A DNA stretch of 64,000 bases. Origin: Oopsacas minuta (Eukaryota > Animalia > Porifera). This document shows positions 63,647-64,000 of the stretch, in pieces. Numbering within the stretch: position 1 is the stretch's first letter; each line of letters starts with the position of its first letter. A program made the position numbers and the translations under genes. Where the stretch lies: contig JAKMXF010000004.1 of NCBI GenBank assembly GCA_024704765.1, positions 62,001-126,000 of the forward strand, in the 5' to 3' direction. Below the pieces are notes generated by a model that was given only the letters and a program-made list of their open reading frames with translations, did not search any database and had not been told where the DNA came from.

Positions 63647-64000
63647 GTTTAGATGATACAAAAGAATGTTTAGGCGATGAGGATAGTGATAATATTATCA
63701 TCGATATTACAATGAATTCTAATTCATTTCATACGCGTAGACTATATATTTGCATAATGATATAGGGGTTTCTGGGTCTGATAGATTTCATACGCCTTGA
63801 GATATTTTTGCCCAAATTTATGCACCTGTAGGCGCGCCGCTTACCCCTGGATGGCACCCTATTCAAGTACAATACGATATATTTTACCAAGTTTTCGTCT
63901 ATTACACATTGAATGGCAAATTGCCACCTGTAAGTAATGGAAACAACATTATAGGAATTAGATTATCTATTCTTCAGATAATTTAATTGATAAGGATGAA

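Overview
AT-rich eukaryotic (probably animal) genomic DNA with an 810-N gap (20737-21546) and two single-N joins. Two host genes are recognisable: the 3' part of GTF2F1 (TFIIF large subunit RAP74; exons 3919-4100 and 9122-9702, separated by a 5-kb intron filled mostly with mariner/Tc1 copies) and a Tra2-type SR splicing factor whose coding region appears to lie in one exon (to 26984). The rest is a dense, nested collection of cut-and-paste DNA transposons: Tc1 (DD34E), mariner (DD34D), maT (DD37D), rosa/Visitor (DD41D), pogo/Tigger, hAT (Buster, ZMYM1-like and GTF2IRD2-like), Chapaev3, a Ginger/KRBA2-like integrase, and Transib/RAG1-like elements. There are also two long foldback palindromes and two unclassified non-coding repeat families. 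The most notable item is an internally deleted Transib-type element at 45248-46959. Both of its ends are the exact V(D)J RSS heptamer CACAGTG, it has a near-perfect 5-bp TSD, and its subterminal sequences are asymmetric. No RNA genes or CRISPR arrays were seen. All family assignments come from motifs read by eye, not from database searches.
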